A stretch of DNA of 56,995 bases from an uncultured Acidimicrobiia bacterium (lineage in GTDB: Bacteria > Actinomycetota > Acidimicrobiia > Spongiisociales > JAOTWH01). The position numbers and the translations under genes are program-made. The notes under the pieces are model-generated. The model was not told the DNA's origin. It worked only from the letters and a program-made list of their open reading frames with translations, and did no database searches. Positions 28,102 through 37,023 of the stretch are shown piece after piece (the first letter of the stretch is position 1; each line of letters opens with the position of its first letter). The stretch spans positions 1 through 56,995 of the forward strand of contig CAYFYE010000005.1 of NCBI GenBank assembly GCA_964347285.1. The letters are read 5' to 3'.

Positions 28102-29216
28102 GATTGCGACCGCCGGAAGACGGGCGGAGGTGCTGCTGCGCCCGGCGCCGGCCCCCAGCTGGCACCGTCGATCGATCGCGCCAGCGCTGCCGAGTAGAGC
28201 CTGTACTTCTCCACGACGTCTTGCGACGGGTAGTCGAAGACGGGGAAGCTCAGGTCGATGACCTTCAGTGCCCAAAAGAGCTGGCCGAGATAGGCCAGTT
28301 GCCGGATCGATTCGAGCCGGAGAGCGGGCCAGTGTTCTCGCGTCACTTCCCAGTAAGCGAGGTAGTCGGGCTCTCGGACCGGAGGACCACCGAAAGGCAG
28401 TGCCAGCTGCCCCAGGTCCGTCGCCGCCAAGCCCCAGCCGGCCCCACCCCAGTCGAAGACGGCGACCTCCACTCCGTCGCCGGCTTCCCGGACGTGCACG
28501 TTTTTCGGCAGGCAATCGGTGTGGACGAGGGTCCTGGGAACATGCTCGCAGAATCCCTCCAAGTCCATCCAGCAAGACTCGAGGTACTCACACAGCAAGC
28601 TGATGTGATCGAGGACCTCCACCCCCTCGGGCGAAATCGAGGACCGAGCCTGCAGTCGGGGGAGGGTCTCCCTAATCGATTGCAGATGCCCACGGTAGAA
28701 ATCGGGGCCCCGCTCGGCGAAGGCGTTCCGCGAGGAGCTGCGCTCGCTGAACGCTTGCAGGGCGCCCAGCCAGCGCCCGACCAGACGACGGTGCTCCTCC
28801 GCTCCCGGCGAGTATTGCTCACCGCCGACGTCTTCGAGGAACAGCCAGGCAAAGGATGCACCTTCTTCTTCGACAAATCCGTAGTAGTCGGGCGAACTCG
28901 AGGGCAGCCGAGACAGGACCTGCTCGTACACGTCCCGCTCGACGACGGCCTTCTGCAGATGGGCTCGCTTGGCTATGACCCCCGCATTCCCCGGCCCGAT
29001 GCCGGCCAGTCGATAGACCGAGCTTCTCGATTTGTGCTTGAGCACCTCGATGTAGTCGGGCTCGACGGGCGCCGCCACGAGATGGCTCCACGCCTGGACG
29101 GCGGGGTGCTGGCGAAGATTCGTGGTGAGGATTGCGTCCACCCGCTTCATCCCGGCCTGCTTGGTCGCTCCACCGATCCTATCTTTGGACGCCGGCCTCC
29201 CGTGCCCGTCGCTCAC
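28098..29216 (-). CDS. APH/choline-kinase-fold phosphotransferase
   Basis: VIAKR, WLFLEDV, LVHTDCLPKN, FDWG, TDLG. The start may be the ATG near 29150. Confidence 0.87.
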   Translation of the reverse strand: MSDGHGRPASKDRIGGATKQAGMKRVDAILTTNLRQHPAVQAWSHLVAAPVEPDYIEVLKHKSRSSVYRLAGIGPGNAGVIAKRAHLQKAVVERDVYEQVLSRLPSSSPDYYGFVEEEGASFAWLFLEDVGGEQYSPGAEEHRRLVGRWLGALQAFSERSSSRNAFAERGPDFYRGHLQSIRETLPRLQARSSISPEGVEVLDHISLLCEYLESCWMDLEGFCEHVPRTLVHTDCLPKNVHVREAGDGVEVAVFDWGGAGWGLAATDLGQLALPFGGPPVREPDYLAYWEVTREHWPALRLESIRQLAYLGQLFWALKVIDLSFPVFDYPSQDVVEKYRLYSAALARSIDGASWGPAPGAAAPPPVFRRSQS

Positions 29217-29319
29217 CTATCCGGACCTGCACTCCATCGGGGAAGATCCGTTGCCGCGCCGGGTTCCGGAATCCGCTCTGGTCCTGCGTCTTCGACTCCA
29301 GAGCCGTGCTGAGGCGGCT

Positions 29320-30102
29320 TCAGCCCTCGGCGGGACGCGGCAGCGGGATGAGACGGTGGTCCTTGGTGAACAGCCGCCGTACCGCGCCGAATCCAACGAC
29401 CGCGGTAGTGGTGGCTACCGATCCCAGCACCAGATACATCACCGCCGCCTGGACCCGCACCGCCTCTACCGGGTCCACCCCGGCGAGGATCAAGCCCGTC
29501 ATCGCTCCGGGCAGGAACACGATGCCGACCGCCTTGGTGGTCTCGATCTGCGGGGTGAGCGCGGTGGAGACCGCACTCCGCAGATAGGGTCGGGCCGCGA
29601 TCATCCCCGGATGCCCCAGCGCCAGCCGGGCCTCGACCTCCATGCGCCGGTCGCGCAGCTCCTCGACGATGCGGCGGGCCACCAGAACCGTGGCGGTCAT
29701 CGAGTTGCCCACCATCATCCCTGCGATCGGGACCAGCGCCCTGGCCTCCAGCGGAAAGACCCCGAAGCCGAAGAGGATCCCGAGTGTCACCAGTGCTGCC
29801 GCTGCGAAGGCAGCAAGGGCTATGGGACGGATACCGGGGACCTCATCGGCCCGGCGACGCACCGTCTCGGCGGCGAACACGATCATCACCGCCACCCACA
29901 GCCAGGACCACACCAGGGGAGTTTCGGAGTCGATCACCAAGGCGAGGCCGGCCCCGATGATGAGCAGCTGTACCAGCGCACGCCCGGCAGCCCACAGCAT
30001 GCGGCCTTCCAGGCCGAGGCGCTGCCACAGCGAGAGCACCACAGCCACCCCGACCAGCGACAGAGAGACCGCCAGGCCGGCGAGGGTGACATCACCCGGC
30101 AT
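29320..30102 (-). CDS. fetB: ABC transporter permease, FetB/UPF0014 family
   Basis: RALVQL, IAGMMVGNSM, EARLALG, GIVFLPGAMTGLILAG..P..AV..Q. Confidence 0.85.
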   Translation of the reverse strand: MPGDVTLAGLAVSLSLVGVAVVLSLWQRLGLEGRMLWAAGRALVQLLIIGAGLALVIDSETPLVWSWLWVAVMIVFAAETVRRRADEVPGIRPIALAAFAAAALVTLGILFGFGVFPLEARALVPIAGMMVGNSMTATVLVARRIVEELRDRRMEVEARLALGHPGMIAARPYLRSAVSTALTPQIETTKAVGIVFLPGAMTGLILAGVDPVEAVRVQAAVMYLVLGSVATTTAVVGFGAVRRLFTKDHRLIPLPRPAEG

Positions 30103-30802
30103 GAGCGTCCCCGGCCAAGAATTCGGCGACCTGCGGTTCGGCATCGATGAGATCGCCGGGCTCGCCCTCAAACCGGAGTCGACCCTCCAGCATCACGATC
30201 AGGTAGTCGGCCATGCGGAGCGCCTGGTCCAGGTCGTGGGTAACCCAGAGAATGGGCACCCCCTCGTCGGCCAGGTGACGAGCAAGCATCTCTAGACCGC
30301 GTCGTGGCTTGGCGTCGAGGGACGAGGTGACCTCGTCCATCAGCACGACCTCCGGGTCGGTGAGCAGCGTGCGGGCCAGGCAGGCCCTCTGCCCCTCGCC
30401 GCCCGACAGCTCGGCGGCCGGTCGGGAAAGGAAGGATCCATCCAGCTCGGCCCGCTCCAGTACCGACTCCATCTCGGCGTGTGATGCACCAGGGTCGGCC
30501 ACAGCCAGGTTGTCAGCCACGGTGCCCCCGAACAGGGTGGGACGCTGGAACACCATTCCCGCTTTGCGCCGCAGGACGAGCGGATCGAGGTCGGCCAGAT
30601 CGGCGCCGTGAAGCAGCACCCGTCCGGCGGTGGGCACCTCGAGCCGGTTGCAGAGCCGCAGCAACGTGGTCTTGCCCGAGCCGGACGGTCCCACGATTGC
30701 AGTGATCCCCGATGCCGGGATGGAAGCGGTGACGTCCACCAGCATTGGGCGAGGGAGGGCATCGATGGTCACCCGTTCGAATTCGTAGAGGATCTGGTCC
30801 AC
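30092..30802 (-). CDS. ABC transporter ATP-binding protein (FetA-like)
   Basis: GPSGSGKTT, LSGGEGQR, LMDEVTSSLD, VTHD; overlaps fetB. Confidence 0.88.
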   Translation of the reverse strand: MDQILYEFERVTIDALPRPMLVDVTASIPASGITAIVGPSGSGKTTLLRLCNRLEVPTAGRVLLHGADLADLDPLVLRRKAGMVFQRPTLFGGTVADNLAVADPGASHAEMESVLERAELDGSFLSRPAAELSGGEGQRACLARTLLTDPEVVLMDEVTSSLDAKPRRGLEMLARHLADEGVPILWVTHDLDQALRMADYLIVMLEGRLRFEGEPGDLIDAEPQVAEFLAGDAHAG

Positions 30803-30890
30803 GAGGCGAGGCTATCGAAGGGAAACGAGCCGCGGCCGCGCCGCCGTCGGGTCGGGGCACCCGTTCCGGGATCCCCGAGGCCCGATCGGA

Positions 30891-32987
30891 TCACAGTCCG
30901 AACTTGCCGGCCACGGGCACCCAGTCACTGCCGGCCCCCGGCCAGGTGAATTGGGCATCGGCGACGCCCTGGGTGAGGGTGTGGCGGAAGTAGAAGGTGG
31001 TATCGGAGGGGCGGAATACCGCCGGGGTGTCGAGCTCATCGAGGAAACCCCAATCCCCGGCCACCGGACGATCCTGGGGATCGCCGAAGAACATCCGGCC
31101 GTCGGCGATACCGGTGCTCAGCGTCAGGCGCCAGTAGAAGAAGCCGCTGCCGGGGCGATAGAGCCCCAGGTCGTCGACGCCATTTCCGTCGAAGTCTCCC
31201 ACCACCGGTACGTCCCCTGGGTCGCCGAAGAGGAGCTCGATGGGGGCCGCCCCCAAAGCGCCCCCGTCGGGCGGTAGATGCCTGTAGACGAAGAACCGCT
31301 GAGTGGACGGCCGATACAAGGCCAACTCGCCGCAGCCGTCGCCGTCGAAGTCTCCGGCCAAGGGCACGTCGTCGGGATTGCCGGCGAACAGGGCCAGGTC
31401 GGCCGGTCCGGCCGTGTTGGCGTTGCGCAAGTAGAAGAAGGCCTCGGACAGGCGGAGGAGGCCCACCGTTTCGATGCCGTCGCAGTCCCAGTCTCCCACC
31501 ACCGGTACGTCCCCGGGGTCGCCGTAGTAGAAGCCGGTCTCCGCTCCGCCCGACGAGTCGCGCAGGAGCCACCGGCCCCGGGCCGGGTCGACGAGCCCGA
31601 CGCCGTGGCCGGGGAACGACGAAGCGGAGATGGAGAACGCACCGAGCACTGCCCCGTCGTCGGCGGCCACGTAGGAAACGGTCAATCGATCGGCGGCGAC
31701 ATCGATGCGGGCCACACCATGTTCGGACCGGGGATCCGTGGTGGTCGAAAAGCCGGAGGCCACGAAGCCGAAGTCGCCGAATGCGCCCGACCGCAGGCCG
31801 GCTCCCCCGGTGCCGGCGATCACCTGTACGAGGCCGGCCCCTTTGGCGAAGTCGCCATCGATGTCGGACACATAAGAAGCGGCGCCGCCGTCGAACCCGG
31901 TGAGAGGGTAAGTCCAGCCGAAGGTGTGGGAGTGTCCGACCAGGAAGAGGTCCACGCCCGCCTCGAGCAGCCGGGGAACGACCTGGCGGAAGTAATCGTC
32001 GCCGGGAGCATGGCTCTTGTCCGGCGCACCGGCCACCGGGTGGTGGCCGTAGACGATCTTCCACGGCGCATTGCTAGCGGTCAGATCCGCCTCGGCCCAC
32101 CTGAGAAGGGCATCGAGGCGGACCGGATCGTCGTGGGCGTTGGTGTCGAACGTCAAGAAGTGGGCCGAGCCGTAGTCGAACGAGTAATTGTGCTCGGCCC
32201 GTTCGCTCGGCGGCGGGGCGGCCGGAGCGTCGGCCCCCGCACTGGGCACCGGAACGGCAAAGAGACGCTCGGTCGGAGCTCCCCCGTCGGTGCGGATATC
32301 GTGGTTGCCGAACGCCACATAGTCGACGTGGCCGGCCGTCCACTCCGTTGCTTCCGGACTGTGGAGTGGATCGAGCCGATGGTCGTAGTCGGAGTACGAG
32401 CCGTCGCTGTAGGCGTTGTCCCCCAAAAGGAGTGCAAAGGCCGGATCGAGTTCGTTGATCCGGGCCTGGACGGCGCGAAAAGCCGCGGGATCCTCGGAGC
32501 GAACTGCGTCGCCGTAGGCGACGAAGGTGAAGGGGGAGAGGTTGCCCGGAGCGAGCCGGGTCGCAAAGCGGCCCGGGTAGATGGCTTCGGGCGATCCGGC
32601 TCGCAAGTGGCGGACCCGGTATTCGTAGGTGCGCCCATACGCCAGCCCGTCCAAATCCACGAAGTGCACGGTCCGGGTGTTGAGCCCGAGGTCGTCTTTG
32701 ACCACCGGACCGGCGCCTTTCCAGGACCCCGAACCCACTTCCCGCCAGTCGAGCTCGAAGGAGTCTTTGCCGCTTGGTTGGCCGCCAATGGTCTGCCAGA
32801 TGATGGTGGCCCGGTCCCACCGGGCGCCGGCGAAGCTCGCCAGTGGTGCGTCGCCCAGCTGCACTCGTGGCGGATGGACCACCTGATATTGCGAGCCGGC
32901 CGCGGCGAGCGGCGAGGGCGGATCGGCCCCGAGGAGGGTCGTCGAGGCAATGAGCAAGCCGAGCGCAAGCGCGCTCCTTCTTGCCAT
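30891..32987 (-). CDS. Secreted purple-acid-phosphatase-type metallophosphoesterase with C-terminal GD(W/F)DGDG repeat module
   Basis: Signal peptide, FN3-like region, YGD, GDNAY, GNHD, GHHP, GHSH motifs; C-terminal repeats. Confidence 0.88.
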   Translation of the reverse strand: MARRSALALGLLIASTTLLGADPPSPLAAAGSQYQVVHPPRVQLGDAPLASFAGARWDRATIIWQTIGGQPSGKDSFELDWREVGSGSWKGAGPVVKDDLGLNTRTVHFVDLDGLAYGRTYEYRVRHLRAGSPEAIYPGRFATRLAPGNLSPFTFVAYGDAVRSEDPAAFRAVQARINELDPAFALLLGDNAYSDGSYSDYDHRLDPLHSPEATEWTAGHVDYVAFGNHDIRTDGGAPTERLFAVPVPSAGADAPAAPPPSERAEHNYSFDYGSAHFLTFDTNAHDDPVRLDALLRWAEADLTASNAPWKIVYGHHPVAGAPDKSHAPGDDYFRQVVPRLLEAGVDLFLVGHSHTFGWTYPLTGFDGGAASYVSDIDGDFAKGAGLVQVIAGTGGAGLRSGAFGDFGFVASGFSTTTDPRSEHGVARIDVAADRLTVSYVAADDGAVLGAFSISASSFPGHGVGLVDPARGRWLLRDSSGGAETGFYYGDPGDVPVVGDWDCDGIETVGLLRLSEAFFYLRNANTAGPADLALFAGNPDDVPLAGDFDGDGCGELALYRPSTQRFFVYRHLPPDGGALGAAPIELLFGDPGDVPVVGDFDGNGVDDLGLYRPGSGFFYWRLTLSTGIADGRMFFGDPQDRPVAGDWGFLDELDTPAVFRPSDTTFYFRHTLTQGVADAQFTWPGAGSDWVPVAGKFGL
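31193..31524. repeat. 35-bp intragenic direct repeat (31193-31227 and 31490-31524, 1 mismatch) encoding GDPGDVPVVGD
   Basis: AGTCTCCCACCACCGGTACGTCCCC(T/G)GGGTCGCCG seen twice. Confidence 0.85.
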
Positions 32988-33032
32988 GGGCTTCCCTCGG
33001 CTCCTGCTACCTACCCACCCGACTCTACCGGG

Positions 33033-34886
33033 CTACGGCCCGAATACCCCCGCCACCGGAGACCAGTGACGGCCCCCTCCCAGCCAGGTGAACTGGGCGT
33101 CGGCGGTGCCCTGAGTGAGGGTGTAGCGGAAGAAGAAGGCGGTATCCGCGGGACGAAACACTGCCGGGGTATCGAACCCGTTGACCAGGCCCCAGTCCCC
33201 GGCCACGAAGAGATCGCCCGGATCGCCGAAGATGATCTCACCGTCGGCGTTGCCGGTCGACAGTGTCTCCCGCCAATAGAACAACCCGGTGGCCTCTCGG
33301 TGCAATCCCACCTCGTCAACACCATCGCCATCCCAGTCGCCCACGACGGGTGTGTCGCCGGGATCGCCGAAGATGAACGAGTACGCGGCGGCCCCCAGTC
33401 CCCCATCATTCTCACCGAGCTCGTTGATGATGAAGATCTCCTGAGTCGCGGGACGGTAGAGCGACAGCGAGTCGCAGCCGTCTCCATCGAAGTCACCGGA
33501 GAGCGGAACATCACCGGGATTTCCGAAGAAGAAGCGGACGTCGGCGATGCCCGCCGAGTTCTCGTTGCGCAGGTAGACGTAAGCGTCGGACGGGCGAAAG
33601 AGCCCCGGGCCGTCCACCCCGTCGCAATCCCAATCTCCCATGAAAGGAAGGTCCCCGGGGTTGCCGTAGAAGAACGAGGTCACCGACCCGCTCCCGGCGT
33701 CCCGCAGGTGCCAAACACCCGTCTCCGGATCGACCAGGCCGACGTCGCCGGCGGCGGCGATTGCCACCGTAACCACGGCCTCAATCGATACGGCCCCGGC
33801 CGAGTCCGCCACCGAGTAGGCGAACGTCACGATGCCGTTGGCGCCGGGATCAGGGATGTAGCGATACAGCCCGTTGCCAAGGGGAGTGAGTGCTCCCCGG
33901 GCCGGTGGCCTGGTGACGACGACCGAATCCTTCAGCGGCGCACCATCCTCCACGTCCGTGTCGTTGGCGAGGAGATCGATCACCACCGGCATGCCTTCCG
34001 TCGCTGCGACTGAATCGGCTCTCGCCACCGGGGGCTGGTTATCGCCGGTGGTGACCAGGGAGATATACGAGCGCAGCGCCGGTATGCGGGTGTATCCCCC
34101 GGGCTTGACGGGCTGAGCGCACGGAAGATCACCCCAACTGATCACGCCGACCTCGAGCCAACCGCCCGGTCCGTCCGGTACGACCAGCGGTCCACCCGAA
34201 TCGCCCAGGCATGCGTCCTCGCCACCGTCCTCGAGGTCACCGGCGCAGATCATCACCTGCGCATCGAAAGAAGGGCCCCAGGCGGCCGCACACTCCCCAT
34301 CGGACAGGATGGGAACCTGGACCTCGTGAAGCAGGGCGGGAAGGGGTGGCTCGCCGGCGGGGTCGGTGGCCCCCCAGCCCATCACGGTCGCCGCCGTCCC
34401 AGCCGTCCACGGGACCGCGAACTCGTTGCCGGCCAACCTCACCGGTGGGACGGCCGATGGGGTGCCCAGATCGATGAGGGCAACGTCGTATCTGAAAGAC
34501 ATGGGCTCGTAGTCGGGATGAATGTGGAAGGAGGCTGCCGACCGAACGTGGGTCTCCCCGCCGGTTCCGGCCAGGTCGTTCCGGCCGACGAGCAGGTGCA
34601 CGGGGTCGACGTCGATCGTCGTGGTCCCCGGGGCAGTGAGACAGTGGGCCGCGGTGAGCACCCACTGCGGAGCGATCAGCGACCCGCCGCAGTACTGGCT
34701 CGCGGCGAAGTTCTCCGATTCCGAAAGCGCCACCGCAAACGGAAAGGCATCGGCCGAAGCCGGGCGGCCTCCGACAATGCGGGGGGAGGGCCCATCACCC
34801 GCCCGTGCCGTTCCGGTGCCGAGGGCCATCATCGCCACCACTGCCACGATCAGCGCCCGGCGCCCTCTTGGTGCCCCGAGTCTCAT
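33033..34886 (-). CDS. Secreted trypsin-like (S1) serine protease with Ig-like domain and C-terminal GD(W/F)DGDG repeat module
   Basis: Signal peptide, R/IVGG activation site, CGGSL, LTAAHC, YDVAL, DACLGDSGGP; NQPPVARAD..LANDTD Ig-like domain; C-terminal repeats. Confidence 0.92.
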   Translation of the reverse strand: MRLGAPRGRRALIVAVVAMMALGTGTARAGDGPSPRIVGGRPASADAFPFAVALSESENFAASQYCGGSLIAPQWVLTAAHCLTAPGTTTIDVDPVHLLVGRNDLAGTGGETHVRSAASFHIHPDYEPMSFRYDVALIDLGTPSAVPPVRLAGNEFAVPWTAGTAATVMGWGATDPAGEPPLPALLHEVQVPILSDGECAAAWGPSFDAQVMICAGDLEDGGEDACLGDSGGPLVVPDGPGGWLEVGVISWGDLPCAQPVKPGGYTRIPALRSYISLVTTGDNQPPVARADSVAATEGMPVVIDLLANDTDVEDGAPLKDSVVVTRPPARGALTPLGNGLYRYIPDPGANGIVTFAYSVADSAGAVSIEAVVTVAIAAAGDVGLVDPETGVWHLRDAGSGSVTSFFYGNPGDLPFMGDWDCDGVDGPGLFRPSDAYVYLRNENSAGIADVRFFFGNPGDVPLSGDFDGDGCDSLSLYRPATQEIFIINELGENDGGLGAAAYSFIFGDPGDTPVVGDWDGDGVDEVGLHREATGLFYWRETLSTGNADGEIIFGDPGDLFVAGDWGLVNGFDTPAVFRPADTAFFFRYTLTQGTADAQFTWLGGGRHWSPVAGVFGP

Positions 34887-35065
34887 CGGTCGCTCCCGCC
34901 CACGCCGGCGTGCACCGACGGGCCCGTCACGAGGACGGCCGTGGCTGCGTTGCCGCCGATGTTCCTCCCGTTCAATTTCGCCCGAATCCCTGAGTAGCGA
35001 GGCAAACACCTATAGTAGTTACCGCCCCCCGATGCGCCCGTGCCATTCCTAGCCGGCCCAACGGG

Positions 35066-36262
35066 CTAGCTCCGGGGCACGTCCGTCCAAGGCACATCCT
35101 TGTCCACCCGGGGCTCACCGGCCAGACCGAGGACCCGCTCGCCGAGGATGTTCTTCATGATCTCCGACGTCCCCCCTTCGATGGAATTGGCCCGGGCCCG
35201 CACGAACTTCTTGCGAATGTCCCGCCCGGTGGAGTCCACGTCGTCGGGCAGCACCACCTCGTAGCCGTCGTAGAGCATGCCCTCCGGCCCCAGCAGGTCG
35301 AGGCACAACTCGTAGATGCGCTTGTTGAGCTCGGCGTACACGAGCTTGGCGATCGAACCTTCCGGGCCCGGCGTCCCCTCATCGCGGTTCTCGGCGGCTC
35401 GCAGGTTGGTGAGCCGAGCCGTTTCCGCTTCGCACCACAAGCGCACGAGCAGGTCGCGCTGGACGCGGCCCCCCGGCCGCTCCTCCCAGAGCACCAGCGC
35501 GTCCCCGATCGGACCCGAGCCGCGCGGACCGACGGTGCCGCCGATGGCGACCCGCTCGTTCATGAGCGTGGTGAGTACCACCCGCCAGCCGTCGCCCTCA
35601 TCTCCCAGCCGGTCGGAGTCGGGGATCCGGACGTCGGTCATGTACACCTCGTTGAACTCGGCTTCACCGGTGGCCTGACGCAACGGCCGGACTTCAACGC
35701 CGGACGAGGTCATGTCCATGATGAAGTAGGTGAGGCCCTGGTGCTTGGGAAGATCCGGATCGGTGCGGACCACCAGCATCCCCCATTTGGCGACGTGGGC
35801 CAGGGTCGTCCACACCTTCTGCCCATTGACCACCCACTCGTCACCGTCCCGGATCGCCCGGGCCGACAGCCCGGCCACGTCGGATCCGGCCCCCGGCTCG
35901 CTGAACAGCTGGCACCACACCTCTTCGCCGGTGAAGAGCGGACGGAGCCACCGCCGCTTTTGCTCCTCGGTGCCGTGCTCCAGGACGGTGGGTGCCCCCA
36001 TCCCGTAGCCGATGACGTTGAAGGTTGCAGGATGCGGCGAACCCTCTTCCCTGAGTCGCTCATCAACGAGGAGCTGCAGCCCGGGGTCGATGCCGAGGCC
36101 ACCGAGTCCTTCCGGGAAGTACACCCAGGCCAGGCCCAGGTCGAATTGGGCCTGAAAGAACTCAACGCGATCGCCACGGGGGTCATGCTCGTCGAGGAGC
36201 CTGCCGAGCCGGTCTCGAACCAGCTTCTCCTCAGCCCCGGGCGTCTCGCCTGATCGGACCAT
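35066..36262 (-). CDS. Acyl-CoA dehydrogenase (FadE family)
   Basis: WCQLFSEPGAGSD, NGQKVWTT, EFNEV, LMNER, SIEGGTSEI. Confidence 0.94.
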   Translation of the reverse strand: MVRSGETPGAEEKLVRDRLGRLLDEHDPRGDRVEFFQAQFDLGLAWVYFPEGLGGLGIDPGLQLLVDERLREEGSPHPATFNVIGYGMGAPTVLEHGTEEQKRRWLRPLFTGEEVWCQLFSEPGAGSDVAGLSARAIRDGDEWVVNGQKVWTTLAHVAKWGMLVVRTDPDLPKHQGLTYFIMDMTSSGVEVRPLRQATGEAEFNEVYMTDVRIPDSDRLGDEGDGWRVVLTTLMNERVAIGGTVGPRGSGPIGDALVLWEERPGGRVQRDLLVRLWCEAETARLTNLRAAENRDEGTPGPEGSIAKLVYAELNKRIYELCLDLLGPEGMLYDGYEVVLPDDVDSTGRDIRKKFVRARANSIEGGTSEIMKNILGERVLGLAGEPRVDKDVPWTDVPRS

Positions 36263-36321
36263 CGCCCGCGACCCTAGTGACTTCATCGGGGGCGCCACCC
36301 GGGGGCTGATAGCCTGCACCC

Positions 36322-37023
36322 ATGGCCGTCGATGTCGAGGCAGCACTCACCGCCACCGAAGCGGCGATCGAGGCGGGAGGCCCCGTCGATCTCACCGCAA
36401 CCGGGTTCTGGAAGGCCGTCGCCACGGCCAAGCGGGATCCGAGGTTGGTGGAAGAACATGGAGAACGCATCGCCTCGGCCGACCGGGCCGCTTTCGAGCG
36501 CTGGGCCCTGATCCGAGTTCCCATCGGCCCGGGGACCGCTCTGATGGCGGCGGCCACCGCAGCCGGGCTCGTGCTGGCCTCCATCGCCTACTACCTGGAC
36601 GCGCCGTGGAACGGAGTGGCGCTGGTGACGGGCGGCGGGGCCCTGATCGTGACCACCCACGGACTGGCTCACCTGGTGGTGGGCCGGCTCGTCGGTATTC
36701 GCTTCACACACTGGTTCATCGGGTCTGTGGCGAAGCCTCATCCCGGGGTCAAGATCGACTACGCCAGCTACTTGGCCACCCGGCCCCGGGCCCGGGCCTG
36801 GATGCATGCCTCGGGGGCCATCACCACCAAAGTGGTTCCCTTCATCCTGCTCGGCGAGGCATTCGCCGCAAACGTGCCGTGGTGGACCTGGACGTTCTTC
36901 CTGGTCGTGGGAATCGCCATGCTCATCACCGACATCACCCTCTCGCCCACCCGGTCCGACTGGAAGCGGTTCCGACGAGAGATGCGGGTCGCTCGGAGCT
37001 TGGCGCGGCCCACCACCCCCTAG
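36322..37023 (+). CDS. Membrane protein, possibly M50/zincin-like with degenerate HExxH (HGLAH)
   Basis: Four hydrophobic segments; THGLAHLVVGRLVGIRF, ASG and late SDW motif; probable leaderless start after TAGCCT. Confidence 0.65.
   Translation: MAVDVEAALTATEAAIEAGGPVDLTATGFWKAVATAKRDPRLVEEHGERIASADRAAFERWALIRVPIGPGTALMAAATAAGLVLASIAYYLDAPWNGVALVTGGGALIVTTHGLAHLVVGRLVGIRFTHWFIGSVAKPHPGVKIDYASYLATRPRARAWMHASGAITTKVVPFILLGEAFAANVPWWTWTFFLVVGIAMLITDITLSPTRSDWKRFRREMRVARSLARPTTP

Noticed and set aside
26109..29216. Calling the APH-fold genes aminoglycoside resistance genes
   Set aside because: Only fold-level motifs are visible; the biosynthetic context and one dead copy do not support a resistance call.
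31278..34013. 911-aa plus-strand ORF
   Set aside because: Antisense to the phosphoesterase and protease genes; no recognisable domains.
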